From: the human T2T-CHM13v2.0 reference genome, Homo sapiens
NCBI RefSeq assembly: GCF_009914755.1
Contig: NC_060934.1
Strand: one strand, 5' to 3'
Length of the DNA stretch: 64,000 bases
The position numbers and the translations under genes are program-made. The notes below the pieces were generated by a model that saw nothing but the letters and a program-made list of their open reading frames with translations, had not been told where the DNA came from and searched no databases. This document shows, one piece after another, positions 1-12,889 of this stretch; positions within the stretch are counted from its first letter, which is position 1, and each line of letters opens with the position of its first letter.

Positions 1-126
1 AGGTTTGTGTAGAGACTATTGATGGCCTTTAGTTCCTTAGTTGAGTAACCCTGTTTCTTTTTGCCTGTTCTATTTCTAACCCTGGGTCATACCACCAAGG
101 CTTTCAAATGGTTAAAATGTACTCAC

Positions 127-252
127 CGCATTTTTATCCTGTGGCCCAAGGTGGAGTTGGTGGGGTGGTGTGAAACTTAGGATCTTCCTAGTTCTGGAGA
201 ACCCAGGCTTGTGATGGATCGCTCCCAGGACTCACAGGGGGCAATATGCACG
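127..252 (-). pseudogene. Exon-like segment, 126 nt
   Basis: Acceptor ccttctcctcttccctatcaag|, donor GCG|gtgagt; length is a multiple of 3; all frames contain stops. Confidence 0.5.
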
Positions 253-1834
253 CTTGATAGGGAAGAGGAGAAGGTGACTATGTCTGTCCTACTCCACCCT
301 GCTACCCTAACACCAGGCCCAGCTGCTTGAGGTCTGCATCCCATCTAGTATACAAATCAGGCTTAAAACAAAACAGAATGACAATGTATGTACTGAGTGC
401 TGTTACACTAAGAAAGCAGGTCTTTATTCAGCAGCAAAGCCCATGGTTGCTTTCAGGTTTTGATAAATGCACATGGCATTACTTTTCCTTGGATGCTGAC
501 CACTGTCCAGATGGTCATGACTTCTGTGGCCCTGATGTGGTATGGCCTGAAGGACAGCAAGGTGCCTTCCGACCTCTGGTAGGATGAGCATCCATCTACA
601 ATTACAGTGAAACTCTTGCTGGTGTCTCAGGAAGAAGCACCTCTTTATAGCCAGTCATGAGTCCTTAATATATTACCCTTAAATCATTTAAAACTGGACT
701 AGCCTGAGCAGCAGTGAATATGCCAATGCAGCTGGGAGCAATCTCAGGCAGGCCTAGTGAAATGGCCAAGATGATCTAATAGATCTTGCTTCATCTCTAG
801 AAGTCTATCACCCTGCCTCTCTCCTCCTTATTAAACCAAAGCACCCCACTCCCAGGAAATAAAAGTGTTACCTGATATTTATATATCTTCAGAGAGTAGT
901 GTGATTCAGAAACCAGGGAGAATGGTTTAAAACTATTTATTGAAAAGGAGACTGTTTCTTGCATGGAATAATCTTATTGGGAAAGTTACCTTATTTCTTC
1001 TACTGCACTTGAAAAATCTAGATCATTTGTAAAAAGCAAAGGGCAAAGCAGAAATTGATTTTTGTCAGCATGAGGTCAGTTTTTTTGTACTTTGATTAGT
1101 GGCTTGAAGCTGGTGGTGAGTCATGTGACAGTGCTGGTGTTTTGGGGCAGGGTATTCAGACTGAGATCATAATAGCTATTTCTGACCTTGACTTTGAGCA
1201 GAACATTGCAGGAAGTCTTATGTCACCCTGAAGTCTACAGCTATTTGCAACCTTCTGATATCTCTGATTGACTGCTTGTATTAAGCAGTCCCCCTCTCCT
1301 CCCTCACTGTGCCATCCCTAGACTCTAATGTTCTGAATGTATTAACAATATCTACATGGTGAAGCCCATGCTCCCTGCTCTAGCATTGGAGGCCTTCTAA
1401 GGACTGACCCAATCCAACTTTGCCTCCAGCCAATCTGTCTCCTGCTTCCACGGTATGAACACTCTGCTGCTATCAGTAGCTCTAGCTTCTGAGCACACAC
1501 ACACCTGGGCACATCCCAGGGACTCAATAATTTCTGCTCCTCTATGCACTGTCCACTCTGGTAGGAGGTCTACACCTTTCTCACATGTGCCCTCAGAAGT
1601 CACACCTGCCGTTGTGCCTACCAGTCGGCCTTCTTGGTTCTCTGTGTACTCACTGTCCTCTGAATGTGAGCCATTTACCATACCTGCCATCTAGTCGGCA
1701 TGGGCCTTGTGCCTTGAAACAGCCCATATTTTTGGTGTGTGCATTGACCTTTCAGCAATGCAATGCTACGCTACCTACTGGAGAGAGAGAAGAGGGAGAG
1801 GGAAGGGGAAAGGGGGAGAGAGAGATTTTTGCCT

Positions 1835-2216
1835 ATCTCCCCAAAATTTGTAAGTTGAAACCCTAACCTCAGTATCTTAGAATGTGACTCTATTTGGAGG
1901 CAGGGCCTTTAAAGAGGCAATTCAGTTAAAATGAGGTCCTTAGGGTGAGCTCTAATCCACACTGACAGGTGCCCTTATAAGAAGAGGATATTTGGACACA
2001 CAAAGAGATACCAAGGATGCTTGTGGACAGACAAATGACCAGGTGAGCACACAGTGAGAGGGCAGCCGTCTGCAAGCCAAGGAGAGAGGCCTTAGGAGAA
2101 ACAAACCCTGCTGACACCTTTGTCTTAGGCTTCCAGAATGGTGAGAGAAGAGATTTCTGTTGTGTAAGCCACCCAGTCCTGGCATTTTGTGATGACAGCC
2201 CAAGCCGATTAATGCA
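1835..2216 (+). mobile_element. MaLR solo LTR (MLT1B-like)
   Basis: Typical MLT1 motifs (gccaaggagagaggcc, aaccctgctgacacc, taagccacccagt). Confidence 0.85.
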
Positions 2217-2619
2217 CTCACAGAGAATGTACCCTGCAGTGAATGTGAAATCAAAGGTGTGAATCTGCTGTTCCTTGCTCAGGCTTGGTTCCCACAGCCT
2301 TCCAGGCGGGGGATCATCTCTCCAAGCTGGGTGAGAACCAAGTGTTGAACCATTAGCTAGCTAGCTCATCTAATCTATATCTTACAACCTCGACCCCAAA
2401 CACAGCTACCTTAATCGGGGGCTCCGTCAAAGAATCGGTGATCAATTCCAATGCTGGCTGGGCTGGGCCTACTGGAGATGTCACTTTACTGACTTTTAAT
2501 GGCTAAGGAATTTTTGAGGATAATGTTAATTACGTGTGATTTTCATCTTCAGTGATTACCTAAAAGGCCAGCTCCCAACTCCACTTAATGGTTACATAAA
2601 TGGAACCCCTGTCCTGGCT

Positions 2620-3270
2620 GGCCCACATCATTGTGGCCTCTTCCCATCCACTCTCCAAGCAGCAGAGTCATCTTTTCTAAAAACAGTTCTGATTAGGTTA
2701 CCTCCAATCCCCACTTCTGCACCTTTCCACCAATAAAAACCTAACATTATTCCCTTAGGAGAGAATCCCCAACTACTTTTACAAGACTTGTGAGGGCCTT
2801 CGGGGTCCAGGGTCTCACCAGCTTTCCTTGCCTCACTGGCGGCCCCTGCATAGTGCCCCAAGCTCCGGTGTAGATGGTTCCCCCTGCCTGGAACACCGTC
2901 TCAACCCCTCTCACCACATTCTCTCCATTTCATCCTTTAGACCTTTGTTCAAATGTCCTTTGCCTGGGGTTCTGCTGAGAGCCTGGCCAGGCCCCATGTC
3001 CGTGTCATGGGCACCTCTCACTGGGCCCCAGCTCTGTGTCATGGACACTTCTTACCTGGCTCCATCTGCCTGTCATGGGTGCTTCTAACCGGGTACATCT
3101 CCCTTTTCGCATTTGCCTCAGAAGCAGTTTCACAGTTGTCTGTGAGATGAGTGGATTCCTTTGTGTTTCCATAAATTCTAAATTTGATGTGGTAGAGACC
3201 GTGTCTGTTTTGTGCCTGGCACACAGCAGATATTCGGTAGGTGCTTTATTGAGCAAATAAACAAACACCC
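2620..3270 (+). mobile_element. L2 fragment
   Basis: L2 3' region ending gtgcctggcacacagcag...ttgagcaaataaac. Confidence 0.65.
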
Positions 3271-3407
3271 ATCTTTTCCATCTCCACGTTAGTTCTTCCA
3301 AAGTAGAGACCACCTCCTGTTCATCTTTGTCTTCCTGTCTTAGAGATTTCTTCACTAAATCCCATTCTTTGATAGAAGAAGGAAGTGGAAGAATTACCAG
3401 GACTTAC

Positions 3408-3594
3408 ACATAGGAGGCTTTCACTCACTGAACCGTTTAATCACAAGGGCGGTACCAAGACTTCTGCTCCCCACTCTGGGGCCTCAGGGCCACTCAGCCA
3501 TGTGCAGACAGTGCTTCAGCAACGCCTGTTTTCTTCACTCTTTAGGGAGTTTATGATTGTTTAAGATTGAGTGCTTACAGTGAGTAAAAGCGAT
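3408..3594 (-). pseudogene. Exon-like segment, 187 nt
   Basis: Acceptor ttttttgtccag|, donor TGT|gtaagt; frame IAFTHCKHSILNNHKLPKE*RKQALLKHCLHMAEWP*. Confidence 0.5.
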
Positions 3595-3671
3595 CTGGAC
3601 AAAAAATCTTCCCATAAAAGAACAGAATGTATGCTGGATTTCTTTCTCTCTTGTTTTATGGGTTAGATTTC

Positions 3672-3957
3672 TTTTCTTTTTTTATTTTAAAACAGAGTCT
3701 CTGTCTCCCAGGCTGGAGTGCAGTGGCACCATCACAACTCACTGTGGCTTTGACCTCCTGGGCTCAAATGATCCTCCCACCTCAGTCTACTGAGTAGTCG
3801 GTGTGCACCACCATGCCTGACTAATTTTTGTATTTTTTGAAGAGACAGAGTCTTGACATGTTGCCCAGGCTGGTCTTGAACTCCTGGTTTCAAGCAATCT
3901 GCCCTCCTTGGCCTCCCAAAGTGCTGGGATTACAGGTGTGAGCCACCGCGCCCTGCC
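3672..3957 (-). mobile_element. AluJ
   Basis: Alu dimer; TSD tgggttag(a/c)tttc. Confidence 0.92.
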
Positions 3958-4192
3958 TGGGTTAGCTTTCTAATGGAGGGTTGCTTATTTGCGATTTGGG
4001 AGCTTTGCTACAAATGTTTATTGAGTGTCCTCTATGTGGCAGGCACTTATGAAGGACAGAGGGGGAAGTAGGTGAGGATAGGGAGTTGAGGGCGAGACAA
4101 AGGGAAGTGATGCTTTTTGAAAGTCCAGGCTATTGTGCAGTAGATCCCAGTGATGAGCTCTCAGAAAATCAGTGTCAGTGACTGTAACTTAC

Positions 4193-4518
4193 TTTTCGCT
4201 ATGGTCAAAAGTTTGTCTGAAGGCCTTGCCCTGTGTGGGACACTCAGGCTCAGAACACTTGCTTGGATCTGGCTGATGCAATCCCAAGAAACTCCAGTCA
4301 GCGTTCTCTCCCTTTGAGCCAGTGCCTTCACTTCCCCGAGCCTGTCTCCCTCATGTTTCCATCAGACACAAAGGACCGGTCTGTCGATACTCCTGTCTGT
4401 CAGTGACAAGCAATTGGTACCCGAGCCTGGGGTGGGACTTCTGATCTCAGCTTGGGGCTTGTTGATGAAGTGAGGACTGCTGTTCTCTCGGAGCACCACC
4501 AGGACGCCTCTCAGATCA
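4193..4518 (-). pseudogene. Exon-like segment, 326 nt
   Basis: Donor AAA|gtaagt and a weaker acceptor ...caaacag|; about 108 codons with a single stop (DLRGVLVVLRENSSPHFINKPQAEIRSPTPG...). Confidence 0.5.
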
Positions 4519-4549
4519 CTGTTTGAGCCCAGTAAAGGGACGAATCGTG

Positions 4550-5000
4550 CTCATGTTTATTCTGCAATTTCAAAGGCTGCCATCTAATGTTTAAGAGTGC
4601 AGAGACTTTAAATGAACAAACGGTTTGGTGGAAAATAAGAGATGCACATTGCCATGATTTGCTACCTGGTAGATGGACTTTATTTTATGTGGTTAAGGTG
4701 CAGAGCTTAGAAGGCTCTTCAAGTACAGGTAAGATTTGGAAAGTCACCACTAGGCTCTAAATTTGGGGAGCAGTGCCTTATGCTAATGATGTTTTTTGTA
4801 AAAAGATGGTCTCCTCTTCATCACCAGATTGTCCCTTAAATTAGCTAAAGCCCCGAGGCCTTAAATTAAAAGCAAGAAATTACAATGTAGCAGATTGAAT
4901 TTAGGTTTATGTGCCGCGTGTGAAATATATGAGTGGCTTTTGAAAGCATAATTGTAAATGAACAGTGGGTTCCTTATGCACAGGCAGCATCCCCTGAATG
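4550..5000. promoter_or_regulatory. Candidate enhancer-like block
   Basis: Repeat-free, AT-rich, clustered TAAT/AATTA homeodomain cores. Confidence 0.3.
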
Positions 5001-5056
5001 TCTGGCTATTTGCATTGAAAGCCCACTTTCCACCCAGTTAGTGCCCCCACACCCAC

Positions 5057-5322
5057 CCTCCCTTCCCCATCGCCATGACGCAAGCCAGACTGCACTGTCA
5101 CGACCACACTGAAGCCTATGCTGACGCCATCATATCTGCTGGAACCTGCTCCCAAATTGCTCTCTCTGTTTAACCTGGTCAAGGCAGATCCAGCTTTTTG
5201 GGGTCCCCTCCCCTTCTTGGCCATTAACAAGCAAGATATCCAAGAAGGAGTGAACACCGAACTCTTTATCACTCCTGGGCTTGAGAATCTTCCTTTTTTT
5301 CTTTGCTTGGGCCTGAGGGTGC
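5057..5322 (-). pseudogene. Exon-like segment, 266 nt, with an NLS-like basic cluster
   Basis: Acceptor ttttatgttgcctcctag|, donor AGG|gtgggt; frame HPQAQAKKKRKILKPRSDKEFGVHSFLDILLVNG. Confidence 0.5.
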
Positions 5323-5409
5323 CTAGGAGGCAACATAAAATCTTGCTTTTGTTTCATTTATAATTGGTGAGTCTGTGCTCTCTGGGCAAAGGCCAGCGCA
5401 TTCTTGGAA

Positions 5410-5628
5410 GGGGTTTTTAACGCTGGATGCACATTAGAATAAGCTAAGGAGATTTCAAAAATGCCGATGCCCGGGTCCTGAGCCATAGAGATTTCAATTT
5501 AATAGGTCTGGGATGGGGCCTGACTGTTGAGGTGTGTGTGTGTGTGTGTGTGTATGTGTGTGTGTGTGTGTTTATGTGTGTACAAGCTTTCCAGCCCATT
5601 GTAATGGTCGGCCAGAGTTAAGAACTAC
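5410..5628. mobile_element. MER5A containing (TG)n
   Basis: tgcacattagaat...gatgcccgggtcc...gttaagaactact. Confidence 0.7.
5532..5581. repeat. (TG)n microsatellite
   Basis: Direct reading. Confidence 0.95.
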
Positions 5629-5891
5629 TTATTTGGAAGAAAAAGTTGTCCATTTTCACTGTTACTGTTAGGCAGATTTTCTTTAATCAGATTAAAACCA
5701 TGTGATAGCAGACAATGCAAAATTAGCTGTGCAGAGAGAGGGATTTAAAGGATCCAGGCATTTATGACAAAATCAGCCATGATCCTTTTTTTACTGTACT
5801 CAAAATAAGACATGTAGAAAAAGCTGAGCCTTACAGGAGACAGATACAGTGTCCTTGGGCTTGGGTAGGGCTAGAAAGTAAGCAGCTTCAG

Positions 5892-6215
<324 letters not shown>

Positions 6216-7061
6216 TCAGAGTGGGAGGCTGTAGACGTCGCCAACCTTTCCTTGAAATCAGGTTTATGCACTCATTTATTAACTCATTCATTCATACATT
6301 GCCTCTTTATTAAGTACCTCTTTGGTACAAACACTTCGGTAGGCTTGGGTGCAAAGGTGAATGTCTTCCAGATAGGAATTCTAAAAGAGTTGGAAACTCA
6401 GGAGATTAGGGTTAATTTTCGTAATCACAGATACTTGACTTTTCACCCGGCCTCCCATTCCTTTGTCAATGCCAGAAGCCAGTGTCTGCTCTCGAGCTTC
6501 CCGGCGCGGTGTGAGGGGGGAGGAGATGGCAGCACCCCCACTTTCTGCCTCACCACTTGCCGAGTCTTGCCGCTGACATTTTCTCTGGTACATTTTCGTA
6601 TGACGCCGAGCAGCATATGGCACCTCTTTGTCAGACACATTATCTCAAGCACGTCCTCACTCCCATCCTGCCTGACTCATTTGGGGATTACAGAAAGTTC
6701 GTAGGAACAGACAGGGGTGCAGAGGCAGGAGAAACATTGTAGAATTTGTGAAGATTGAGTACTGGAATACACTTTTTTTTTTTTTAAAGCAACAGAAAAA
6801 GTACAGATCTCATGGTATAGCTTCACAATACCCTTCCTCGGATGGCTGGGAAGGAATCATTATACTCATTTTAACAATCAGGAATCTGAGACTTAGAGAA
6901 GTTGACTGTCAAGCATTTCTACCTGGATGCCTCTTCCTGGGGGTGGAGGATGTACATCTCTAAGATTGGCACCTGGAAAGACTTCTTATTCCAGTTTCAG
7001 GCTCCGCTCTGCAGAGACGCCAGAGCAGCCTACAGTCCCGTCTCCGCCGGCTAACCAGACA

Positions 7062-7080
7062 TGACCACAAGGGGGCACCA
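7062..7080 (+). promoter_or_regulatory. CTCF core motif
   Basis: TGACCACAAGGGGGCACCA closely matches the CTCF consensus; local CpG enrichment; ETS-like ACTTCCG just downstream. Confidence 0.65.
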
Positions 7081-7419
7081 AAGAGTTTTCATTACTTCCG
7101 CAGGTCTTGCTTTGCCTGCTTTTTCTGCGGTGTGGTGGCACATAGGTGCACAATGAAAAGAAAACAGTGTGAACTTAGAAGAACGGACGATGTTGGAAGA
7201 CAAAGCTTAAGCCCCAGGTAGAAAACTGTGACTAGCAGTGGTGGCGATGACCCTAATTTTTCCATTGATCAGGGGGGTGGGGAAGTGTCGCAAGGTGGGG
7301 TAAACTTCAGATCCCTATCAGGACCCTGAGGTGCCATATGAATGTTTTCATTTTTCTTCGAGAAAGCAAAGGAAGATGGAGACTAATGCATATTAAGCAG
7401 GCATTTGTTTAATCAGTCC

Positions 7420-7980
7420 TTCACGGAGTGTGTGGCAGGACGTCAAGTATGGAAGGTAGGCTGAGGCTTAGTAGGACCTCGGTAGGACTGTGGAGGTCAC
7501 GGAAGGGGGTCTGGGTTTTATTCCAAGTACCATGAGGAGTCCAAGCCCGCGGGTAGTGTGACCTGTCTTACCTTGGGATGCTCTGTGAGGAACAGGCCAT
7601 GGAGCACAGGTGTGGGTGCAGTAGAGGGAGGGGCCATTGCAAAGTCCAGAGAGCCTAGAGTGGCCTTGGTGGAGATGGAACGAAGCAAATGGACTTAGGA
7701 CATCACTGGAGTTGGGACTGGCAGGGCTACTAGTGGACTGATACCGGCAATGTGAGTGAGAAAGGGGGGAATCAAGAGACCCTCAGGTTTGGGGTGTGGA
7801 TGGTGGTGAGACTGAATGAGAGGAGAAGGGTTGTGGGAGGACCAGGCTCAGAAGGGAACTGGCATCTCTTTCGGCCATGGCAAGTGTGTGATGCTGCAGG
7901 CTCCCACCTGGGGAGGCCTGGCGGGCAGCTGGATTTACAAGTCAGAGCTCAGGGGAGAGGCCAGGGCTACAGGTAGGAAT
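7420..7980 (-). mobile_element. L2 fragment
   Basis: Purine-rich antisense L2 phrases. Confidence 0.55.
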
Positions 7981-8717
7981 TTGGCACTTTCATTTTTTTT
8001 TTCATTTAATACTCACATCAGCCCTATGTTTCAGATATTGTTGCTCCCATTTCATAGACAGGGAAGCTGAGACTTAGGAAAGAGGAGGTAACGTGGCTCG
8101 AAAGTAGTAGAGCTGAAATTTAAACTGGGTCTGTGTGATTCAGTCGCTGTTTCCAAGGTGTCTCCCACATTCTTAACTGATTACCATTAGGGAAAAATCT
8201 ACGTCTTATCCTGCCTCATACAGGCATTCATTAAGTATTGGTCATCCCTGGTTACCCCACTATACTTTAGCCTTCCTTCCCTCAAGAAAAAAAAAGCATT
8301 AGTCAACCCAAATGTCTAGTTCTTTAAAAAAAATCATTTTAACCCAACAGATCTTGTTTTTTTTCCCAACTAAATAATAGATTATCTGAGGGAAGAAAAA
8401 AAATCATGCCTTCATATGTGCAGATCCCAGGCAGCATATGGTAGAGCACCTCACACCCAGGCAGGGAGGCCAGTGAGGTCACCCACTGAGTGCCAGCCAC
8501 CGTCATAGCGGCTGCCAGGAGTGCAGTGCAGGAAAGAATACTGAGCTAGGAGAATGTGCTGAGATCCATGAGTGATGTCTGTTTCAGGCACTGGAGGGGT
8601 GAGAGGCAGCCTTTGAATCCTATATTTGCCATTCCTGAGACAGATCCTTCAGTCAAAGGAGAAATCAGGGCTCCAATAAGAACCTGATCAATAAGACCCT
8701 CCCCATTCACAACTCAC

Positions 8718-10787
8718 CAGCCAATGGAGACTCCACAGCAAGGGCTTGAGGTCTTCCTTTCATAATTACTCAGAACCCAATGAAACCAGGGGAGTGCAGA
8801 GGCTCAATTAGCGGGAGTTATGGGTGAGTCAGCCTCCCCTGCACCTGCTGTGAGGATGGGCCTTCAGGGCAGACCCGTCTTGAGCGATTGCAGGTGCTGG
8901 CTACAAACCACTCTCCAGGAGTTGCTGAGGCAGCTGCAGGAACAGAGAGCAGCTCCCCAGAAGGGGAGACCCGAGAGGGAGGCAGAGGGCTATGAGTGAG
9001 CTGGTCCATGGCTGGCTGGAAGTGGAAGGCATGAGGGAGACTGGTAGGGCATGCTTAGATCACCCTGGGTTTTGTTCCTAAGCTGTTCTGGAGGAGAGCT
9101 GATATGATGAGAGGCTGAAGGAAAACTGCTCACTGTGCTCACTGCTTGTCTCCTGGAATCTGGAACTGACCCCTCAGGGGAGGGTGACTGGAGGGCCTCC
9201 TCCAGCCTGCTGAGAACACAGACAGGTACTCCTTGGTGCCACCTGGGTGATGGGTTAATGGGCACACTCTCAACAAGGGTAGGAGCTGTTTTGGACACCT
9301 GAACATCAGATGGGGCTGTCATCAGTTTGGAGAAAGCAGGTGATATGGTTTGGCTGTGTCCTCACCCAAATCTCATCTTGAATTGTAGCTCCCATAATTC
9401 CCTTGTGTTGTGGGAGGGACCCGGTGAGAGATAATTGCATCATGGGGGCAGTTTCCCCCATACTGTTCTCGTGGTAGTGAATAAATCTCACGAGATCTGA
9501 TGGTTTTATAAGGGGAAACCCCTTTCACTTGGTTCTCATTCTCTGCTTGCCTGCCACCATGTAAAACATTCCTTTCCCTTTCTGCCGTGATTGTCAGGCC
9601 TCCCTAGCCATGTGGAACTGTGAGTCCATTAAACCTGTTTTTCTTTATAAATACCCAGTCTCAGGTATGTCTTTATCAGCAGCATGAAAATGGACTAATA
9701 CAGCAGGGGTGCAGGACTGGCCCCTGGGATTCCAGAGATGGTTGCCATGCCTCCCAGTCAGAGGATTCTGGGTAATGGGGATGCAGGCATGGAGCTGGAG
9801 GTATCAACAAAGGCAGAAAAGCCCTAGTTAGAGGGCACAGAGGCCAGAAACTCCTTAGACACTTAATCTCATTATGGGCTAACAATTAGGAGGAGAGGGG
9901 GTTTTTTGGGAAGAGGGCCCTGGCTGGAGGGAGAAGAGGATGATCAGAGAGAGGTCTATAGGAGATAGGTGTCCATTCATCAGGAAGTCACCCAGGGAAG
10001 GAAACTTTAGACAGACAGAATCTGGGAGAAGTTTCCTAGGCTCTTTCTGTTTGCAATGTTGGGCTGGTGATTTTCCTTTGCCTTGTGTTAACTTTGCTGA
10101 TGGGGCTGTTAAAAAAAACCCCAGCAAGAAACCACCTTGTTTATCCTGAGAACACTCAGTAGGACACAAGCAAGGAGCAAAGCTGTGGGAAGTGGGAATT
10201 GGAGTCCAGGGTACAATCTGAATGCAAGGGAGAGGACCTGTAGTGGGGTTCCAGAGTGGAGAGTAGAGCCATGGGCAGCTTCTAGAAAGGTGAGAAGGTT
10301 GGTGTGTCCTCTGCAAATACCTAGGAGGGCTGTCTTCTCTTTCCATTTATGGTCACCTTGATACAAGCTGGTTTGCGCCCACCTCAGTGGGTCAGTGATG
10401 GAGACTGAAGAGGGAGCAGAGACACTCTGCATCTGAAAGATGACTTGGGGATGTCAAAGAGCCATCTTGCAGCCACATCTAGATGTCTACTGCTCTCAAA
10501 AGAATGGGAGCAGCAAACATCACAGCAAATGGCATTTTTTCAAGAGAAAGTCATCTCCATTACTGCTAACTGGGGCCCATTGTGCACCCAAAGAAGAAGC
10601 AAGGTGGATAAATATTTTGGAGGAATGAGTGTGTGGGAGATAAGTGGGCAGGTCACACAAACATCGGGTAAAATGGACCTTGTGTTCCTCATGGTTCTCC
10701 CCCAACTCAGTAACAAGACCCAAGTCTGAGTTTCATGGAACTCCCCAGCTCATCCATGTCCACTGAGTTCCTTCTCATCAATGTCAC
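8718..10787 (-). pseudogene. Large decayed exon interrupted by a THE1 LTR
   Basis: Acceptor with branch point ctggctcacctttccctccccag|, donor CTG|gtgagt; contains Pro/Ser-rich minus ORFs of 155, 110 and 107 aa and a PIDLS motif (9948-9962). Confidence 0.6.
9341..9702 (+). mobile_element. THE1 solo LTR (THE1B/C-like)
   Basis: tgatatggtttggctgtgtc...ggactaataca with 5-bp TSD GCAGG (9336-9340, 9703-9707). Confidence 0.92.
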
Positions 10788-10958
10788 CTGGGGAGGGAAA
10801 GGTGAGCCAGAGCAGGAAGCAGATTTCCTCTGTTGAGGGAGACGTGGTGGGTCTCCTGCTTTACGAGTCTCAATGGGCTGTCCCATCTAAGGGACACAGA
10901 GCAGAAGGGTTAAGGGAGATAAGCAGACATGTCAGGTGGCCTTTGCATAAAAGATATG

Positions 10959-11192
10959 GGCTGGGTGCGTGGCTAACGCCTGCAATCCCAGCACTTTGGG
11001 AGCCGAGGTGGGTGGATCACGAGGTCAGGAGATTGAGACCATCCTGGCTAACACGGTGAAACCCCGTTTCTACTAAAAAAAAAAAAAATTAGCCTGGGAG
11101 GTGGAGCTTGCAGTGAGCTGAGGTTGTGCCACTGCACTCCAGCCTGGGCTACAGAGTGAGACTCTGTCTCAAAAAAAAAAAAAAAAAAAAAG
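10959..11192 (+). mobile_element. AluY with an internal deletion
   Basis: Diagnostic ccatcctggctaacacggtg and ggagcttgcagtg; TSD aaaagatatg. Confidence 0.9.
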
Positions 11193-11294
11193 AAAAGATA
11201 TGAGAGGAGCAGTCAAGAATGGGGGATTTCAACCCATTTGTTAATTTTTATCAACTAATCTCTTCGAATCTTTGCAACTTTCCCTTTTCGGTTA

Positions 11295-11440
11295 TTCTTT
11301 TATTTTTAGTGAGATATACTTCACATACCCATAAAATTCCTCCACTGTGCATGTACGATTCAGCGAGTTTTAGTAAAGGTATAGAATTATACAACCCATG
11401 ACTCCAATCCTGTTTTAGAACTGTTATTATTGTTTCTCTT
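11295..11440 (-). mobile_element. L1M 3' end fragment
   Basis: gagatatacttcacatacccataaaattc. Confidence 0.55.
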
Positions 11441-12179
11441 CTCCAAAGGATTAGCTCAAATTCTTCTTGGAAGGGCTTGCAAGGTTTGCAGGAGGGTGCA
11501 CAGTCGATCTGGGGAGAGAAGTAAACACAAGCAATGAAGATAGTGGAGTGGCCTGGACGGGAAGCTTCTTTTACAAAGGAAGGATGACAAGAGCCCACAG
11601 TTCTTATTGTGTAGGTAAAATGAGCCAGGGGCCATGCCAACCGCATCACATGGATTATCACCTTGGATTTTAACAGTAAGCCAAAGTAACAGGTAAACAT
11701 GTTATTCCCATTTTACAGATAGAAAAATGGAAGTTTACAGAGGTGCAGTGGCTTCTACAAGGTCTCACTGAACCCATACCTTTCCAACTGCAGAATTTGC
11801 ATGCTCAAACCATTACACTAGGATACGTTTGACAACTTTGCTCCAGAGTCTAGACTGTACTGTAAGATGACTTACAATGCAGCAGCTCCTGACTGCATGC
11901 TCAAGACCTTGATTTCTGCAACTCTGAATCCATTTGAGTTTATAAAATGAAAAATGAGCCCCTACTCCCTATTGATCCTAATCCTCATTCATCCCTAGTT
12001 TTGCTCATTTTGGCTTAGGCTCCACCTGGAAAACAAAACATTAACCACTGGGCTTTGTTTGCTCTGATGATCCTGCTCTGACCCTCACATAGCACGAGGC
12101 ACCAAATGTCTGGCACCCTCCCTTGTGCAGAGGAATAAAGAAACCTGAAAACACACTATCATTTCAAAAACAGCCTGCC

Positions 12180-12720
12180 TGCCACGAAAGTAACAGTGTT
12201 CGATGATGCCATTGTATTTCTTCCTCCCTTTCAAAATCAATCTTTAGATTTTAGGCCTGAAAAGTAGGTGCCACTATCTTCTAATGATCTGCCAGGGGTT
12301 AGAAACGGAATGCTACACACCACTTAACATGTGAAATATGATTTATCTGTCGGGGCATATATGAAAAAAATGAAAAGAAATATCTAACAATAACCCTTCT
12401 GTTGAGTTTTGAAATGTAAATGTTTGCTAATGCTTTGCCGAAGACAGCTTCACTTGGGCTGAGAGCTATGTGTAAAGAAACATTAAAATGCATCATTTGC
12501 TCAGGGCTAAAAGTCATCAGCTTGTGATATTAATGCCCTTTAAAAAATAATTTGACGGCATGAAATCAGAGCACACCTTGTGCAAAGGATTGGCTCTTGT
12601 CAATTTTCTCGTGGATCTACTGAGCTATAATTGCATTTAGATCTTGCCAAAAATGAAAGTGTTCTTTTTAAAAATTCTCTCCATCTCTCATTTGCTGGAA
12701 GAAAGGTAAGGGGGTTAACT
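12180..12720. promoter_or_regulatory. Candidate conserved enhancer-like block
   Basis: Repeat-free, AT-rich; HOX/PBX-type TGATTTAT at 12339-12346 and multiple TAAT cores; conservation not tested. Confidence 0.4.
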
Positions 12721-12889
12721 TTGATTTCATCTAGTGTGAAAGACCCCTGACCTATAGGCTGGAACATGCTGGTCAGCTAGAGGTCATGGGTTGTTATTGT
12801 TGTCTTTTCCTCCATCCTCAGCTCACAGGTTCCCAGCAGGGCTCATCTGGGTGAGTGCTGAGCTTAGGGGACCTGGGAGAGCCCAGTAA

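Noticed and set aside
483-595. Additional minus-strand exon (SFRPYH-containing frame)
   Set aside because: Weak acceptor and donor; kept out of the feature list pending homology.
10520-10700. Resemblance to BCOR exon 4 (GPFYPMF, PVSSNGDDFL; also NGFSCVCKT near 25900)
   Set aside because: Short matches spread over different frames and exons, not colinear, and no ankyrin or other BCOR hallmark seen. Not enough to name the family.
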